Shown piece after piece: positions 15,054-28,391 of a DNA stretch of 64,000 nt. The DNA lies in the NCBI GenBank assembly GCA_951406725.2, contig OX597834.1, positions 26,908,001-26,972,000 of the forward strand, given 5' to 3'. Position numbers and translations under genes: made by a program. Below the pieces are notes generated by a model. That model was given only the letters and a program-made list of their open reading frames with translations. It had not been told where the DNA came from and did no database searches. Source of the stretch: Octopus vulgaris. Lineage: Eukaryota. The first letter of the stretch is position 1. Each line of letters opens with the position of its first letter.

Positions 15054-16387
15054 GTGCATGTGTATATATATATGTACGCTCATATGTACATATTCGTGCG
15101 CAAGCAGATATTTATATGTATGTGTGTGTTTATGCATGTATGTATGTATGTGTGTGTGAGTGTGTGTGCGTGTGTGCGGGCGTATGCATATGTATATATA
15201 CCTATATATATTATCTCCGTTTATCATTGTATTATGCGCGTGCATGCACGTACACACATGTAAGGATGTGTGTGTGTGTGTATGTGCGTACTCAAGGTGT
15301 CCACAGATCCTCTGACGTAGACACGTATGTGTGCGTGCAGAGTCAAATCCATGTGTACGTTACAGCATGTCTTGGTGTAATTTCATTGTTGCAGAGTTTA
15401 TCACCGTGTTTTTTTTTCACAATTAGTACGGTGGAACAGTAGTAATAATAGAAGTTGTTGTTGTTGTTATTGTCGTTGTAGTGGTGAGGAATGGCGTACG
15501 ACAAATAACATAAACAGCAAGCCTCCGGCAGTGGGGCCCCAAATTTCTCCGACTAGGTTTCAATTCCGATTGTAGAGTAGACATTTCGAACTGTCCTTTC
15601 GTTTACGTTTCTAATGGGACCTCACAGTCTTATCTAATTTCTTTTCCCTTCCCTTGATTGATTGAATGCTTTTTGTTCGAATAAGATACCAAACAGCATG
15701 TTTAAAAGAAGTTCCTGGTTCAAGTGTAGATCGAGTGTCACGTCTTGATTCGGTGGCAAAGTCTGATGCCAGTGGCCAACTTGGATTCAACAGTACGTCT
15801 TGAAGCCAGTTTGAAGTTTGAACCCGGTGTCAACTCCTGTTTCAATGTCAAATCCACAGTCAAATCTAAAGCCGCTGTCAAGTCTAAATCCAACGTCAAA
15901 GTCTATATCCCGTGTCAGTTATTGACCTAATGTCAAAGTCCGTATCCACAGTCAAGTTTAAATCCAATTCCGTTAGTATTCTAGGCAAAACACTAAGCGG
16001 CATTTCCTCTGTCTTTATGTTCTGATATTCAAATTCCGCCGAGGTCGACTTTGCCTTTCTTCCTTTCGGGGTCGATAATATAATTTGGGCACTGGGATCA
16101 ATGTAATCGGCTTACTCCCTTTCTTGAACTTGCTAGCCTTGTGCCAACATTTGAAACCAATTATATAGGAGTATAGGTTGTGGTTTTACTGCTTATTATA
16201 CAGGGTATGTGCTGTGGTCGAAGTACTATATTGCTCAGTAAGGATTCCGTAGAATATTTGTCGTAAGAATTGTGTTATTTCATTAGGAGTTTATTGTATG
16301 GGGGTATATGTGGTGTGAGAAGTTCTATGTTACTTAGTGATGTACATAAGCATTGTAACTAGCAGAAATGTTAGCACGTCAGATAAA

Positions 16388-16970
16388 AAGGCGGCGAGCT
16401 GGCAGAAACGTTAGCACGCCGGGCGAAATGCTTAGCGGTATTTCGTCTGTCGTTACGTTGTGAGTTCAAATTCCGCCGAGGTCGACTTTGCTTTTCATCC
16501 TTTCGGGTTAGATAAATTAAGCACCAGTTATGCACTGGGGTCGATATAATCGACTTAATACCTATGTCTGTCCTTGTTTGTCCCCTCTATGTTTAGCCCC
16601 TTGTGGGTAATAAAGAAATAGGTATTTCGTCTGCGTTACGTTGTGAGTTCAAATTCCGCCGAGGTCGACTTTGCCTTTCATCCTTTCGGGGTCGATAAAT
16701 TAAGTACCAGTTACGCATTGGGGTCGATGTAATCGACTTAATTCTTATGTCTGTACTTGTTTGTCCCCTCTATGTTTAGCCCCTTGTGGGTAATAAAGAA
16801 ATAGGTATTTCGTCTGTCTTCACATTCTGAGTTCAAATTTAGCGGAGTCGACTTTGCCATTCATTATTTCGGGGTCGATAAAATAAATACCAGTTGAGCA
16901 CCGGAGTTGATGTAATCGACTTACTCCTCCTACAAAATTGCCGGCTTTGTGCCAAAATTTGAAACCAATA
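16388..16970 (+). mobile_element. SINE family B, tandem trimer (central GCCTTTCATCCTTTCGGGGTCGATAAATTAAGTACCAG resembles the Meta domain)
   Basis: Head AAGGCGGCGAGCTGGCAGAAACGTTAGC, B-box-like GAGTTCAAATTC, tail ...AGCCCCTTGTGGGTAATAAAGAAATA. Other copies at about 1779-2005+, 6358-6538-, 15975-16160+, 17074-17300-, degenerate 29400-31400-, 42980-43110+, 44165-44320+. The Meta-domain assignment is from memory and needs checking. Confidence 0.88.
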
Positions 16971-17073
16971 TTTTATTGGTTTCTGCTGTTTGGTTAGTGC
17001 CACGATCTCTCTCTCTCTCTCTCTCTCTCTCCCTCTAAACTCTTAATTCCCTATAGATAGAGCAAATACCTAT

Positions 17074-17300
17074 CTCTTTACTACCCACAAGGGGCTAAAC
17101 ACAGAGAGGACAAACAAGGACAGACAAACGGATTAAGTCGATTATATCGACCCCAGTGCGTAACTGGTACTTAATTTATCGACCCCGAAAGGATGAAAGG
17201 CAAAGTCGACCTCGGCGGAATTTGAACTCAGAACGTAGCAGCAGACGAAATACCGCTAAGCATTTCGCCCGGTGTGCTAACGTTTCTGCCAGCTCGCCAC
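17074..17300 (-). mobile_element. SINE family B, full-length monomer
   Basis: Reverse complement of the first unit at 16388-16620. Confidence 0.9.
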
Positions 17301-17865
17301 CTGATAGATAGAGCAGATACCATCGACCTGCTTTGCCTATTATTCTCGACTCTGCCCTACCCTTTCTACTTCTCTCCAGGTGGATCCTTGCTTTCTCCTC
17401 TCGGATTTCATTGCACCTGCATTGTACGTTTCCCTGGTGGAAGGAATTCCTCTTCCACGTTTTCTTGGTGTTTCATTGTCACCAATGCTTCTGTATCTTC
17501 GCTTTTTACTCGATAGTTATTTTGGCCCCATGCAAACCCATTTTTATATCAGGGAAGAGAAGGACAATATTAGCCTGGCGTTCACGGGTAAACCTCACCT
17601 GTCCTCCCCTTTACACTTCATATTGACATTTCTGTGATAACGATCCCTATTGATCAATTTTTTTTCCTTTCCCTTTTTTCCCTCACCTCCCCCTTTTTTT
17701 TAAAAATTTTATTTTATCCCCCCCTTTTTTGTCCTCTTTCTTTCCATTTACGATCCCTTTTGATCGAAAACCAAACCCCCTTCTTTTACCCCCAAAAGAA
17801 AAGCTCTACCTTGTAATTTTGTCCTGACTGTGTGCAGCCCCTGTGTGGCTAATAAAGAAACATAT
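17300..17865 (+). mobile_element. Probable LINE 3' UTR/3' end (longest copy of a dispersed repeat)
   Basis: 3' part TTACGATCCCTTTTGATCGAAAACC...AAAAGAAAAGCTCTACCTTGTAA...GCAGCCCTGTGTGGCYAATAAAGAAAC recurs at about 2451-2600+, 51742-51862+ and 63247-63385-. All copies share the 3' end and differ at the 5' end. Confidence 0.7.
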
Positions 17866-17990
17866 CTTTTGGCTTGTCTACTATATGAAACCCTACTAGG
17901 AGCTTGAAGTAGGCTGGGGCAGCTCCAGGAGTCATTGAAGCGCACATGCAATACACCACAAGGACTAGACCTTGTAACGGAGTTCTATGT

Positions 17991-18387
17991 TTACTATATA
18001 TAAAAGTAAGGTTGTGTGTCTGTCTCCTACGATTTAGATTCCTAACTACTCCCACAATTTGCGGTGCAGTTTAACCAAAACCAGGTATCTTATAGTCGTG
18101 ATTCATATCGAGCCCTTCTGGGTATTAGCGCATGTCTTCGATGAGTCTACGATTTAAAAAAAAAAATTACCATAATTTTTTCCATTTTAATGCATTCTTT
18201 CGCTATTATATAAGGGAAGTAACTCTCTAAAAATGTCTACGATGAGTCAACGATTTAAAAAAAACTTTACCATAATTTTTTTCCATTTTTAATGCATTTC
18301 TTTGCTATTTTTTGGCTATAACTCTCTAAAAATGCTTATATAGTTATTTCCCTTACAAACCCGAGCAACGCCGGGCGATACTGCTAG
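17991..18387 (+). mobile_element. Non-autonomous Helitron, family 1 (second copy)
   Basis: Reverse complement of 4425-4813. 3' hairpin CCCGAGCAACGCCGGG and CTAG|T at 18384-18388; 5' TC end slightly decayed. Confidence 0.85.
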
Positions 18388-18725
18388 TCACAAATATAAT
18401 GAACCAATGACTGACCAGTTGAAAAACAAATGAACCCCGTACGCTAGTGCTCTCTCCACTCCCTCGCAAACTGATAAATACATAGGCGCAGGCATGGCAG
18501 TGTGATAAGAAGTTTACTTTCAAACGACATACTTCCGGGTTCAATCCCACTGTGTGGCACCTTGGGCATGTGTCTTCTACTAGAGCTCCGGGTCGACCAA
18601 AGCTTGAGTGGGTTTGGTAGAAGGGAAATGAAACAAGTCCGTTGTAGATGTGTGTGTGTGTGCGTTTGTGTGTGTTCATGTCTGTGTTTGTCTTCCACGA
18701 TCTGCTTAGAGGCCTATGCAAAGTT

Positions 18726-18995
18726 TTCAAAATGATTTTATCGTTCTCGACGCAATCAAGGAGATCTTATGCAAATGAAAGCCGAGTGTCGTCTTGGCAT
18801 AAAGTTGGCAAACACGCATCTCATACCCAAATCTTCAATGATAATGGACTGTACTGAATTGTAACTAATCCGCACATCCACTGATAACTCACAGATGGTG
18901 ATTTGACAATTTCTGCTCACAACTCCATGCGCATCTGCGATGTTTCTCTCAGTTCTGCTGGTTGACTTACTGACTTTCGTTGAATTAATACAGAA
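18726..18995 (-). mobile_element. Mariner transposase remnant (inverted copy of 22906-23178)
   Basis: ORF 18756-19220 contains STSRTERNIADAHGVVSRNCQITICELSVDVRISYNSVQSIIIEDLGMRCVFANFMPR. Confidence 0.75.
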
Positions 18996-19391
18996 CATGG
19001 CCGAGTGGTTAAGAGGTTCGCTTTGCAACAACATTAGTGTATTTACGTTTCCGTAACTTAGTGGTTCCGCAAAGGGGCCGATAAAATAAGTACCAGACTT
19101 TAAGAAATTAAGCACTGGGGAGGGGGGTCGATTCATTCGACTAAAATATTTCCAAGGCGGTGTTCCAGCATGACCGCAGTCTAATGATTGAAACAAGTAA
19201 AAGATAAAAACAAAATACAATTATTTAGGTGCAGATATTGTGTGGTTAAGAAATCCGCTTTGTAACCACGTGGTTTCAGGTGCAGTCCACGGCATGGCAC
19301 TCTGAACAAGTGTTTTCTATTGTGGATCCGGGTCAACCAAAGCTTTGTGAGTGAATCTGGTGCACGGAAACTTTGAAGAAGCCCGTCGTAT

Positions 19392-19499
<108 letters not shown>

Positions 19500-19756
19500 T
19501 CTGTTTTTTCGTTGTTAAAAAAGGTCCGTTTCCATGTTTGTTTTTACGTTTTCGTTTCTCGTTGAGTTCTACGTCTATTTGTGGTGTCCTGTACTCACGT
19601 ATATATATTTATATATGCATGTATATATACATGTTGATGTAGGTACGTACATATATGTATGTATGTATGCATATATTTTATTTATTACACTATTGTATGA
19701 CTGAGCGCCCTTGCGTCGATTCGATTCGTTTCGTTTCGTTTCATCTCTTCCAAGTA

Positions 19757-19861
<105 letters not shown>

Positions 19862-20634
19862 ACGTGTTTGTCGTGGTGCTTGTTCTCCCATCATCGCTGG
19901 AAAAGTACTGCTGTTTTGCTTGCGTCCCCTCAGCAAAGGAGGACGGTAGAATAAGTAATAGACTTCAAAAATAAATACTGGCATTAATTTGTTTTACTAC
20001 ATCCTCCAAGGCGGTGTCCCAGCAAGACTGCAGTTCAGTGACTGAAACAAGTAAGATATACGTCAAAGATATATGAAAAAAAAAAAACCGATGCTCTGTG
20101 GTGAGTGAACAAGTTGGTCCATCGATAAATAAATATTGCATGTTATGCTCGAATTCTGAAGTTGCTTTCGAAACTAGAATAAAGTTTGGTATTGATCAAA
20201 AATGTCTAAATAGCGGACTATTATGTTTATCATGTCTATTACATGACTTCATCGAGACGTGAAATAAAGTGTTTTCCTCAAGAACACAAAGCGTCGCCCG
20301 GTCCAGGAACCGAAACCGCAATCTTACGATCAAGAGTTTAACACGCTAACAATTAGTGATGAGCTGATCTTCGACCTCTAAGGGTCCTCATATTGACTGT
20401 AGTTAGAGCTGCCTCGCTCCCTGTATCAAGACAGGTCTATATAATCCATAGATTCAACTGTTTATGCACCACATACACTGCTTGGCTCATTTTTGGGCGT
20501 TGTTTTGTGCTGGGTCTTCGTCCTTCCATTTTATGTAAATTCTCCACCATATTAAGGGCCACCCGTCTTTGTAAACTGCCTCTCTTATCCCACGCCCCTG
20601 TGGCAAATGAAAGATTTCCCTCTTCCCCTCTGCC

Positions 20635-20907
20635 ACATTACTATTATAACTATTGTTGTTGCTGTTGTTGTTGTTATTGCTATATGGATGATGGTGATGA
20701 TGATGATGATGGTGGTAGTAGTGGTGGTGTTGCTGTTGCTGGTGATGCTGATGCTGTTAATGATGATGATGATGAGGATGATGATGATGACGACGATGAT
20801 GATGGTGGTGGTGGTAGTGGTGGTCGTCGTCATCACATTATATTTGTTGCTGCTGCTGCTGCTGGTGATGCTGATGCTGATAATGATGACGATGATGAAG
20901 ATGATGA

Positions 20908-20941
<34 letters not shown>

Positions 20942-20978
20942 GGTGGTGCTGCTGCTGCTGCTGATGCTGATGCTGATA

Positions 20979-21013
<35 letters not shown>

Positions 21014-21125
21014 AATACTGAACGAAGATGACGATGAATATGATGGCGGGAAAACGAAGACGATAATGATGATGATGATGGTGATGGTGGTTGTGGTGCT
21101 TATGGTGTTGATGATGATAGTGATG

Positions 21126-21186
<61 letters not shown>

Positions 21187-21220
21187 TGATTGTGGTGGTG
21201 GTGGTGGTGATGATGACGAC
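20635..21220. repeat. Compound trinucleotide array (GAT/GGT/GCT/GTA)n
   Basis: Direct reading; includes an internal duplication of the GCT-GAT-GGT block. Confidence 0.95.
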
Positions 21221-21461
21221 AACAGAGTTGCGGTTTATTGTATTTGCCACCAATTTTGCTTTTCTGTCGCGTTGCTTACAAACAGACACAAACAAAACTC
21301 AATAACACACACACACACACGCACACACAGATCTCACACGCACAAACATACACACGTGCGCGCGCACGCATGCATGCATGCACGTACATGCGCGCGTAGG
21401 TGCGTATTTTTGAATTTGCGTTTGTTTACGTATGTATGTGTCCATATATACACACATACGC

Positions 21462-21504
<43 letters not shown>

Positions 21505-22905
21505 CACAGATACATATATATTTTTCATAAAGGTACACACAATTATGTGTATACACACACAGACATATACATACATACACACACACACACATGCGTAGCA
21601 TACACGTATTCAGAATTACACTTATACAAACGCCACCTTGCACGTACACGTGTAAATACATACACGCATCCAGTCATCATTCCATACTTCATCCCCCCAT
21701 CCATCCATCCATCCTCACACACCCACACTCAAGCATGCATGTTTACATATACACATACATACAAACACTAATACTTTTATACACACACACACGCACGCAC
21801 GCACGCACGCTCGCACGCACACTTGTTCTTTGGCAATACATAAAGAAAAGGTCGATTTTAAATGTCAACGTTTTAGTCTCGTGTATCAACATAAATGCAT
21901 GTTGTTTTGCTAAATTGCACATCCAATATGGAAACTTTTGAGTAACGTTGCCTATTCACCAGTTCTCTAATCTCCCACTCTTTCTTTCTTTCTTTCTGTC
22001 TTTCTCCTTTGTTTCCAGTGCCATCCTCGCATGTTAGAGGGTTGTAAAAATTTAAGATTAAGAAGAAAAAAAAAAAAAAATGGTAAAGTTATCGCATTCT
22101 CTAGGATGAGTGAAAAATTTGACCTCGAAGGAGTATCAAACAAATTGGTGTATGTGTGTATATATGTGTGCTTGCGTGCATGTGCCTGTGTGTGTGTGTA
22201 GGGGGGTGGGGGGTTTGGTGTGTGCGCGCGCGCGTGTGTGTGTGTGTGTAGCTTTTACCAAACTTACTGAGCAGGAACTGTGTTCTCGTAGAGAATGCAA
22301 TGTGTTGGTTGGTTTTTGAAAAGTTTTGCTATGAAATTGTGATCCTTGAAGACGCAAAGAGCAGATGGCGTGTTTGGCATTGTTAGTGCAGCAAACGAGC
22401 GACTGAAAATAATTCTCGCAGAAAGCTCGCGTGGAACTTTTTTCGCAAGAATAGCAACAAGTACTGCGAATAGGTATTTCTTTAATTTTTGACCAGAAGA
22501 AAATAGCTATGAAAAAAAAATCCAAAAAAATGAAATCAAAAAGAATGTGATCTTTTACTTGTTTCAGTCATTGAACTACGGTGTAATCGAACAAGTCAGC
22601 CCTCGTACTTATTTTTTGTAAAGTCTGGTTGATGCTTATTCAATCGGTCTCTTCTGCCGAACCGTTAAGTTACGGGGACGTAAATAAACCAGCACGTGTT
22701 TTAAAAATGGTGAGTAGGAATAAACGCAAACACAAAGACATCGCATATATACAATTAGATTCCACACAGTTTCCGTCAACCGAATTTACTCACGAGGCAT
22801 TGGTTGGTCCAAGGCTATAGTAGAAGACAGTTGCCCAAAGTGCCGGCCAGTGAGACTGAACCCAAAACCACGTTGTTGCAAAGCGAACCTCTTAACCACT
22901 CGGCC

Positions 22906-23833
22906 ATGTTCTGTATTAATTCAACGAAAGTCAGAAAGTCAACCAGCAGAACTGAGAGAAACATCGCAGATGCGCATGGAGCTGTGAGCAGAAATTGTCA
23001 AATCACCATCTGTGAGTAATCAGTGGATGTGCGGGTTAGTTACAATTCAGTACAGTCCATTATCATTGAAGATTTGGGTATGAGATGCGTGTTTACCAAC
23101 TTTATGCCAAGACGACACTCGGCTTTCTTTTACATAAGATCTCCTTGATTGCGTCGAGAACGATGAAATCATTTTGAAGCAGATTTGATGCAGATTTGAT
23201 GCAAATTCTCTCTTTTACTCTTTTATTCTTTTACTTGTTTCAGTCATTTGATTGCGGCCATGCTGGAGCACCGCCTTTAATCGAGCAACTCGACCCCGGG
23301 ACTTATTCTTTTGTAAGCCCAGTACTTATTCTATCAGTCTCTTTTGCCGAACTGCTAAGTAACGGGGACATAAACACACCAGCATCGGTTGTCAAGCAAT
23401 GCTAGGGGAACAAACACAGACACACAAACACACATACGCATATATATATATACATATATACGACGGGCTTCTTTCAGTTTCCGTCTACCAAATCCACTCA
23501 CAAGGCATTGGTCGGCCCGAGGCTATAGCAGAAGACACTTGCCCAAGATGCCACGCAGTGGGACTGAACCCGGAACCATGTGGTTGGTAAACAAGCTACT
23601 TACCACACAGCCACTCCTGCGCCTATATGTTCTGTCATGGTCAATGCAACGATCACATGCTACACACGTTCTTTCCAAGCACTGCTGTAAACAACGGAAG
23701 TGAGCTAGAACGTTAAAACTTAGTGCGCATGCACAGCAGAGCTCAAGGTCGATTTGTGTCGAGCGGCTTTATTCTGCGTGCTTAAGTTTCGTTACTATGG
23801 CAACAGTCAGGATACTTATTGATCAGACCACGT
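22906..23833 (+). mobile_element. Decayed mariner (Tc1/mariner) element interrupted by a SINE
   Basis: Translation STSRTERNIADAHGAVSRNCQITICE*SVDVRVSYNSVQSIIIEDLGMRCVFTNFMPR resembles the mariner HTH2/linker region (WVP-motif equivalent). TIR-like end CAGTCAGGATACTTATTGATCAGACCACGT at about 23804-23833. Confidence 0.75.
23207..23625 (-). mobile_element. SINE family A, full length (tRNA-like head, CORE-like segment, internal TA/CA microsatellite, (AAAAGAGT)n-type tail)
   Basis: Minus strand reads GGCGCAGGAGTGGCTGTGTGGTAAG...GGGTTCAGTCCC...CTTGGGCAAGTGTCTT...GACTGAAACAAGTAAAAGA. Over 15 full or partial copies in the window, e.g. about 1334-1408+, 8046-8105-, 8565-8950+, 9945-10235-, 18485-18700+, 19000-19205+, 19230-20055+, 22550-22905-, 24130-24290-, 25350-26020-, 54387-54560+, 63755-63975-. 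Confidence 0.9.
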
Positions 23834-24085
23834 GTTCATTAAACACTTTCCAACTTCATGTTTCATTATATAACTTTGCAAACTATTTCCAGAAATTCAA
23901 CTCTAATATATACCCTTCACATCAACACAGCTGCATGCCTGATTGTAATACTGGAATATGTATAGATGGACTTCAACAGGACACGGGTTCGATTTTAACC
24001 TAACACACACACATGTACGCACGCACATACATACATACATACACACATACATACATACATACATACATGTATACATATCTATATG

Positions 24086-24127
<42 letters not shown>

Positions 24128-24381
24128 TATATACGACAGACTCCTTTCAGTTTCCGTCTACCAAATCCACTCAAAAGGCTTTGGTCGGCCCAAGGCTATA
24201 ATAGAAGACACTTGTCCAAGGTGCCCCGCAGTGGGACTGAACTTGAAACCGTACGGTTGGGAAGCAAGCTTCCTACCACACAGCCACTCCTATATATTTA
24301 TAATTATACCATATGTTACATATATATGTGTGTGTTTGTGTGCATGTATATATATATATATACATGTATACACAGACACAG

Positions 24382-24428
<47 letters not shown>

Positions 24429-24757
24429 CAAGCGTACTGTGGTTTGTAGATCAAAGTTAGAATCGGTGCGAAACTTCGAAGTAAAATGTCATCATTCATA
24501 ATGCATATATAATCTATTGACTCCACACTCAGTAGCACTCAGTTACTTATTTCGTGTATGTTTAACGTAAATAAGTACTTAAACCTATATGAGAAACAAA
24601 CATACATATATGCATACATGCTTACATATATATATATATACATACCTATATATATATATATATATATATATCAATAAATGAAATTTTCTGACGTGAATTT
24701 GCTACCCAGGTATCGGTTAACCGAATTATCCTTACTAAGGTAATTCATTCAACTACT

Positions 24758-24793
<36 letters not shown>

Positions 24794-25589
24794 CATACAT
24801 ATATATATAAATATATATATACTGTATATGTACATACTTGCATACAATTGCGCCTTCACACACATGTATACATACATGGTATTTGATCTCTGTTTGAAAA
24901 TATTGCTGTTTGGAGGCAAACAACTCGAAAGAAAAGAAAGCAAAACAAATCAAAACAAAAAATAAATATAAAAATAAACATAAACATAAATAACTATAAA
25001 TTAGTAAACGTCTCTTATTTGACTATTATTGACTTAAAGAATGATGTGTTTTAACCCAAAATACCAAATAGATTAATATAATTTAAGAAACTGGTATCGA
25101 AATGTGATAAGGAATTCAGACATCATACTGTATACCTAAACATTTAATTAATTGTTTTTCGCTGTTTTTTGAAAATTTTTTTTTTTTTTTTTGTCGTGTG
25201 TAGTTTATGGAGACTTATTTTGTTTTATGAATATAGTCGAGTAGACACTTTCAAATTTAGGTACAAGTTCTGAAATTTTGGGAGTGGTCAACAGGTACCT
25301 ATTTCTTCGACCCCGAAAGAATGAAAAGCATAGTTGAATAGATATTAATACTTTTACTCTTTTACTTGTTTCAGTCATTTGACTGTGGCCATGCTGGAGC
25401 ACCGCCTTTAGTCGAGCAAATTGACCCCGGAACTTATTCTTTGTAAGCCTAATACTTATTCTATCGGTTTTTTTTTGCCGAACCGCTAAGCTACGGGGAT
25501 GTCAACACACCAACATCGGTTGTCAAGCGATGTTGTGTGTGTGTGTGTGGGGGGGACAAACACAGACACACAAACATACACACACACAC

Positions 25590-25650
<61 letters not shown>

Positions 25651-26059
25651 CATATATACGACGGGCTTCATTTAGTTTCCGTCTGCCAAATCCACTCACA
25701 AGGCTTTGGTCAGCCCGAGGCTATAGTAGAAGTCATTGGCTGCAGCATACTGGGGCCCTTGAAGGGTTCAGTCAAATAAATTGACTGCAGTATACATTTT
25801 TTTTTTGAGCTACGGTCCCTTTTTTGCTGCACCGTTTAGTTACGGGTACTTAAACAAGCCAACACTGGCTCTCAAGTGCTGAGGTGGGGGGGGGACAAAC
25901 GGAAATTTATTTAATTTTCCGTCTACCAAATCCACTCATAAGGCTTGGGTCCGCCCAAGGATATAGCAGAAGTCCCTTGTTCAAGGTGTCACACAATGAA
26001 CCTGAACCCGGAACCAAACTTTTCATTCTATTGCTACACCTTCGCCGATATAAGTGTGC

Positions 26060-26102
<43 letters not shown>

Positions 26103-26247
26103 TATAGTTTTCCATATTCTTTGTCTTAAAAAAATCTCTTTGCAATTTGTCTCGTAAATGCTGAAATAATATTCTAATTTATTTTGACGTTGACGTTTAA
26201 AAATATGATAAACGATTGAACAAATATAATCATTCATTATAATCTTA

Positions 26248-26602
26248 CTAGCACTACGACCCGGCGTTGCCGGGTCATAGTGCTAGTACATGCATATACA
26301 GCTGCGTGCGTGCGCACATACACGCGAGTATTGTCCAAATCTCCGACCAAATCACATACAGCTTGCTGGCATTCAATTGGCGTATCAAGTTTCGGGCATT
26401 TTGATTGGGTTTCGGATAGAAAATTCACAAAAAAGTCACCTTTATTGATTCTTTAATGGCTTTGTGGGGTGACTGAGGAAATGTGCACGACCATTCTTGG
26501 ACGGTTTTGAATGACCATAGAAAGTGCGAGCCCTCTAACTAAAAAATTGTGGATTTGTATAAAGGACACACACACAGACATTTTGCCGTTTATATATATA
26601 GA
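26248..26602 (-). mobile_element. Non-autonomous Helitron, family 2
   Basis: Minus strand begins A|TCTATATATATAAACGGC and ends ...CCCGGCAACGCCGGGTCGTAGTGCTAG|T. Confidence 0.75.
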
Positions 26603-27048
26603 TGTGATATATTACGATATCATATTCACATAAACGAATGTTGTATTGTAATACTAATAATGTTGCTTTAAGCAGATAGTATATTTCAATAAATATGACA
26701 TACCTGTAGGCAAATATAATGGAATGTGTGCGCATGCGTACTTCTGTGTTTGTATGTATGTGTGTGTTTGTCTGTGTGCGTGTAATCCATAATTTTTCGT
26801 CCGACAAATTATATTTTGTTTTGCTTGTGGCTTTTGGGGATTCATAGATCGAATATTTTATCCACTCTGAAATTTATCTTTGACTTCTTTATTCTAAGAG
26901 GCCAGACATGACTTCTTTTGAAATTGTTAACTCCAGGAATATACATTATCATTATTACTATGGCCGGTTTCTTACATTACCATGAAGTAGGTTCCACAAA
27001 TTTAATTTGGATGCTCCCAGTCCAGCGTGGCGCATGTAGTGACTAGAT

Positions 27049-27433
27049 CATCATCATCATTGTTCGACCGTGGTCGAGACAATGGAATTTACCATGCTAC
27101 GCCAGACTTCACGGTCCATCATGGCATTACGGAGGTCCTGTTGCTGGATGCCTGTATCCCTGGAGATTACATCAGGGTAGGAGAGTGTGCGCCCTCTGGT
27201 ATTGCGAGTAAATGGCTTCCAGAGGAGAAGAGTAGAAATTACTTCTTTTTCAGCTCTACAACAATGTCCAGCAAACTGGACTCTCCTACCTTTCACAAGA
27301 GATGACACAGGTATTAGTTTCCCATATATTTGCATTTTGGTTGGATGGCGCTTCCACGAGAGATTTTGAGCTCTCATAAGGAGGCGAGTATAGGTTCCAT
27401 CCAACCGCCTCTCAAGCTTCTTTGATAACGTCC
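27049..27433 (-). mobile_element. 5'-truncated RTE-clade LINE with 11-bp target-site duplication
   Basis: Open frame WTLSKKLERRLDGTYTRLLMRAQNLSWK...RRVQFAGHC.R...DREVWR resembles the RTE-type ORF2 C-terminus. (TGA)n tail. AGTGACTAGAT is duplicated at 27038-27048 and 27434-27444. Confidence 0.88.
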
Positions 27434-27589
27434 AGTGACTAGATAGACGCAACCGTTTTGCCCGATTGTCTCGCTAAATTTCGGTAGGTCGGTATAAACG
27501 CATTCATTTGTCATATTTTGCTGTTATTTCACATTTAGGGCCATTCGTAGCTTCCATTTCGCCATTTTGATAATTTTCTTGCCAGTGTC

Positions 27590-28360
27590 CATGTATCTAT
27601 ATATACATATATACATATATATATACATACATATATATATATATACATATATATACATATATGTGTGTATATATCTATATATATGAATATATATACTTAT
27701 ATACATATATATTTACATGTATATATATATATACATATATACATATATATATATATATACACATATATATACGTATCTATATATATATACATATATATAC
27801 GTATCTATATATATATACATATATATACGTATCTATATATATATACATATATATACGTATCTATATATATACATATATATACGTATCTATATATATACAT
27901 ATATATACGTATCTATATATATACATATATATACGTATCTATATATATATACATATATATATACGTATCTATATATATATACATATATATACATATCTAT
28001 ATATATACATACATATATATATACATATACATATCTATATACATACATATATATATACATATACATATATACATATACATATCTATATATATACATACAT
28101 ATACATATATACATATACATATCTATATATATACATACATATATATATATACATATACATATCTATATATACATATCTATATACATACATATATATATAT
28201 ACATATACATATCTATATATATACATACATATATATATATACATACATATATATATATATACATATCTATATATATACATACATATATATATATACATAC
28301 ATATATATATATACATACATATACATATATACATACATATACATATATACATACATATAC

Positions 28361-28391
<31 letters not shown>

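Noticed and set aside
20393-21031. 212-aa Asp/Gly/Ala-rich ORF resembling an acidic biomineral protein
   Set aside because: It is a compound trinucleotide array open in several frames, with no credible start, signal peptide or splice structure.
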